Assembly (NCBI GenBank): GCA_010093605.1
Contig: MU004195.1
Span: 62,001-126,000 of the forward strand
Reading direction: 5' to 3'
Length of the DNA: 64,000 bases
Origin: Lophium mytilinum
Lineage: Eukaryota
In this document: positions 60,693-64,000 of the stretch, in pieces
Position numbering within the stretch: position 1 is the stretch's first letter
Layout: each line of letters opens with the position of its first letter
Translations under genes and position numbers: made by a program
The notes under the pieces: generated by a model
The model's input: only the letters and a program-made list of their open reading frames with translations
The model's database searches: none
What the model was told of the DNA's origin: nothing

Positions 60693-63406
60693 ATGCGATT
60701 ACTTTCTCGCAACCTCACCTATCCTCGGATCCTCTTATTCCCTTTTCGACACCGTATCACCTGCCTCCCGACCGCGCTGCGACCCCACCAGCACGCATCA
60801 ACCCCGCCACGAGCCCCGCCAACGGTCCTCCGGAGGCCATACGCCACCACCTCTGCGCTCAAGATGAACGTCCAAGACCTTTCCGAGCCCGCGGGCTCCT
60901 CCGAGGGCCTCAACTTGGTCAACCGGCTTAGTGAGAGCAGAAGCCCGTACGTAAGTGCCGCTCCGGCGCAGCTCTTCCCAGACCGTCAGCTAAGCCGATA
61001 CAGGTGCGGAGCCACATGAACAACCCGGTCGCATGGCAGATGTGGGGAGCGGAAGCCATCGCGCTGGCGAAGAAGTCGAACAGGCTGCTGTTCGTCAGCA
61101 TTGGATACGCGGCATGTCATTGTATGGCCATCCCAACCCCGGTCGTTTTCGAGATTGCGAGGCTGCGAGCTTCCATGATGAGCCGAAGATGTCAGAGAGA
61201 AGATGGAATGCTGACGATGATGTGGTTTAGGGTGTCACGTAATGGAACGCGAGTCCTTCGAGAACCGCGACGTCGCCGCCCTCCTCAACGCCTCCTTCAT
61301 CCCTATCAAGCTCGACCGCGAAGAGCGACCTGATATCGACCGCATCTACATGAACTATGTGCAGGCAACGACTGGGTCTGGGGGCTGGCCTCTCAACGTC
61401 TTCCTCACGCCCGATTTGGAACCGATCTTCGGTGGGACGTACTGGCCCGGTCCAGGGTCTACTACTGTATTGAAAGATGGTATCGGGTTCGTGGGCATAC
61501 TGGAGAAGATCCGTGATGTGTGGAAGAACGAGCAGCAGCGGTGTCTGGAATCTGCGAAAGAGATTACGGCGCAGTTAAGGGAGTTTGCGCAGGAGGGCAC
61601 CATAAGTCGGCAAGGAGAGGCGGAGCCTGAGGGACTGGATCTGGAGCTGCTGGAGGAGGCATATGAGCATTGGGCTGCGAAGTTTGACCCTGCGCATTCT
61701 GGATTTGGGGGAGAGCCGAAGTTTCCGACGCCCGTCAATTTGGCTTTTCTGCTCAAGTTGGGCCAGTATCCGAGTGCGGTTGGGGATGTGGTCGGACAGA
61801 AGGACTGCGATAATGCGAAAGATATGGTGTTGAGTACTCTAAGGGCTATGACAAGAGGTGGGATTCATGATCAAGTTGGGAACGGGTTTGCGAGGTATTC
61901 TGTGACGAGAGATTGGAGTCTGCCTCACTTTGAGAAGATGTGAGTTCTGAACCAGCCTGAAGTGACCTCTACTAATAAGATATAAGGTTATACGACCAAG
62001 CACAACTCCTCTCCGTCTACCTAGATGCCTACCTAATAAGCAAGGACGCTGAACTCCTCGACGCCGTCTACGACATTGCAACTTACCTCACCTCGCCACC
62101 CATGCACTCCTCAACCGGCGGCTTCTTCTCCGCAGAAGACGCGGACTCTTTCTACCGGCCCAACGACAAGGAGAAGCGCGAAGGCGCCTTCTACGTCTGG
62201 ACACTCAAGGAATTCCAATCCATCCTCGGCGACCGCGACGCAGAAGTGCTGGCTAGGTACTACAACGTGCAGGAAAATGGCAACGTGGAACCGGAGCACG
62301 ATGCCCACGACGAACTCATTAACCAGAACGTTCTAGCTATCAGCAGCACACCGGAAGCCCTAGGAAAGGAGTTCGGCCTCTCGAACAAAGACGTCCTCAA
62401 GACTCTGAAAGATGGCCGGGAGAAACTCCGCGCACATCGCGAAATAGAGCGTCCGCGGCCGAGTCTGGATGATAAGATTGTCGTTGCGTGGAATGGCCTC
62501 GCGATCGCTGCGCTGGCGAGGACGAGTAATGTGATAGGGGGGTTCGATAAGGAGAGGTCGAGCAGGTATCTCAAGGCAGCGAAAGACGCAGCTGCATTCA
62601 TCAAGAAAGAGCTTTATAACGAGAAGGACGGGACTATGAAACGTGTGTACCGCGAGGGACCAGGCGATGCACCAGCTTTCGCAGACGACTACGCGTTCCT
62701 AATCAAGGGGCTTATCGAGCTATACGAAGCAACATTCGACGATGCGTATCTGGAGTGGGCGGATCGATTACAACGTATGTCTAACCCTTCAAATTTCCCT
62801 TCCTTCCCTACTTCTCAAGCTCCCAGGCTCCAAACGACCCTGAATCAACGTAACTAACGCATTCTAGAAACCCAAATCTCCCTCTTCTGGGACACGGCCC
62901 ACCTCGCCTTCTTCTCCACGGCCGCGCACCAAACCGACCTCATCCTCCGCCTCAAAGACGGCATGGACAGCGCCGAGCCCTCGACCAACGGCATCTCAGC
63001 CCAGAACCTCGACCGCCTCGCGCTGCTGCTCGACGACGAAACCTACTCCACCCGCGCGCGCCAGACGTGCGACGCGTTCGAGGCGGAAGTCATGCAGCAC
63101 CCGTTCCTCTTCGCGAGTCTGCTGGACTCGGTGGTGGTGGGGAGGCTGGGGCTGAAGAGCGTGGCGCTGACGGGAGAGGGTGAGAGGGTGGAGAGGTGGC
63201 TGCAGTCTTGGCGGGCGAAAGCCGGGGGTGTGGTGAGTAGAGTTGGGGGCGGAGCGAGGAGTGAGTGGTTGAGGAGAAGGAATAAGTTGGTGGGGAGTTT
63301 GGATGTGGGGAAGGAGAGTGTTATGGTGTGTGAGGGGGGGCGGTGTACGGAGGAGCTGGGGACGGGGATGGGGGAGGTGGAGAAGGCGTTGGGGGAGGTT
63401 AGGTAG
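60693..63406 (+). CDS. SPATA20/YyaL family (thioredoxin DsbH-like domain + six-hairpin glycosidase-like fold)
   Basis: NRLSESRSPY/VRSHMNNPVAW, SIGYAACH/WCHVMERESFE, DREERPDID, GGWPLNVFLTP, PKFP, GGIHD..GFARYS..PHFEKM/LYDQAQ, SAEDADS, DDKIVVAWNGL, DSAEPSTN; 4 introns. Confidence 0.92.
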
Positions 63407-64000
63407 GGTACGTTGGTAAACTAGGTTTAGGTGGCAGGATTTAATTGCTGGCGATTCTTTGTCGATACTTGGGTTTTGGGGAGTTAGTGGAAGACTATAG
63501 ATCTGAGCTTAGTGAGAGATGAGCACCTTTTTCAAACTTCAAACTTCCTTTGTCCGATTAGTGCCTGTTCAGAAATCTGTGCAACACTTTCTCGGCGCCG
63601 TCTGAGACGCTTAAGTGCCGCATCATAAACCTGGACGAGATCCAAATGTCCAGGGAGTGCGAATCTAAGCATCTCCAACCACTTCTAAACTAGCTTACGC
63701 AGCCGCCATCCGGAGTGCTTCAACAAATCATCAGTCTTCAGCAAAAGAGTCCAGAGCCCGACACAAAATTGAGCGCACAGAATTCTAGCCAGGCACTGTA
63801 TCAGCCGCTCAATCACGCCACGTAACATCCACTGCTACCATACCACGTGCATCACATGACCCTCCACCGGCCGCCGTTTCTCCGCTCCGACCATCTTCTC
63901 CCGAGTATAAAAAGCCAGTCCTGACAGTCCTGGACTTCTTTCCTCAGAGGTGGGAGGAGGGTTGGACATCAACATGCAAAGGCATTTGCTGCCATGTTGT

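Noticed and set aside
63900..64000. Possible next gene start (TATAAAA at ~63906, ATG at ~63974)
   Set aside because: Too little sequence before the window end.
1..64000. CRISPR arrays, rRNA genes, prokaryotic operons
   Set aside because: None seen; the sequence is intron-containing fungal DNA.

Overview
Eukaryotic DNA from a filamentous ascomycete (Pezizomycotina; short GT-AG introns with CTRAC branch sites, RIP signatures). Bases 1-~3050 are an AT-rich, RIP-destroyed block holding a pogo/Fot1-type DDE transposase relic and a ~110-bp inverted repeat. The rest is gene-dense, with about 21 spliced protein genes. Housekeeping genes include VTC2/3-like, COG1, PMP47-like carrier, Abp2, Scd6/Lsm14, SPATA20/YyaL and a PEX39-like KPWE protein. 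Carbohydrate genes include a GH31 alpha-xylosidase, a sugar porter and a Gfo/Idh/MocA dehydrogenase. Accessory or immunity-type genes include a NACHT-ankyrin NLR with a ZZ zinc finger inside the NACHT and a hydrophobic C-terminal tail, a TPR-kinase, three San1-type RING genes, an F-box/HET chimeric pseudogene and two secreted proteins. Non-coding features the ORF track misses are an intronic C/D snoRNA matching 18S Am420 (snR52/U83-like), two tandem intron-bearing tRNA-like genes sharing a body but with different anticodons and C33, and a long structured intron in abp2. All calls come from manual motif reading; no database searches were run, and exon boundaries are hand-inferred.
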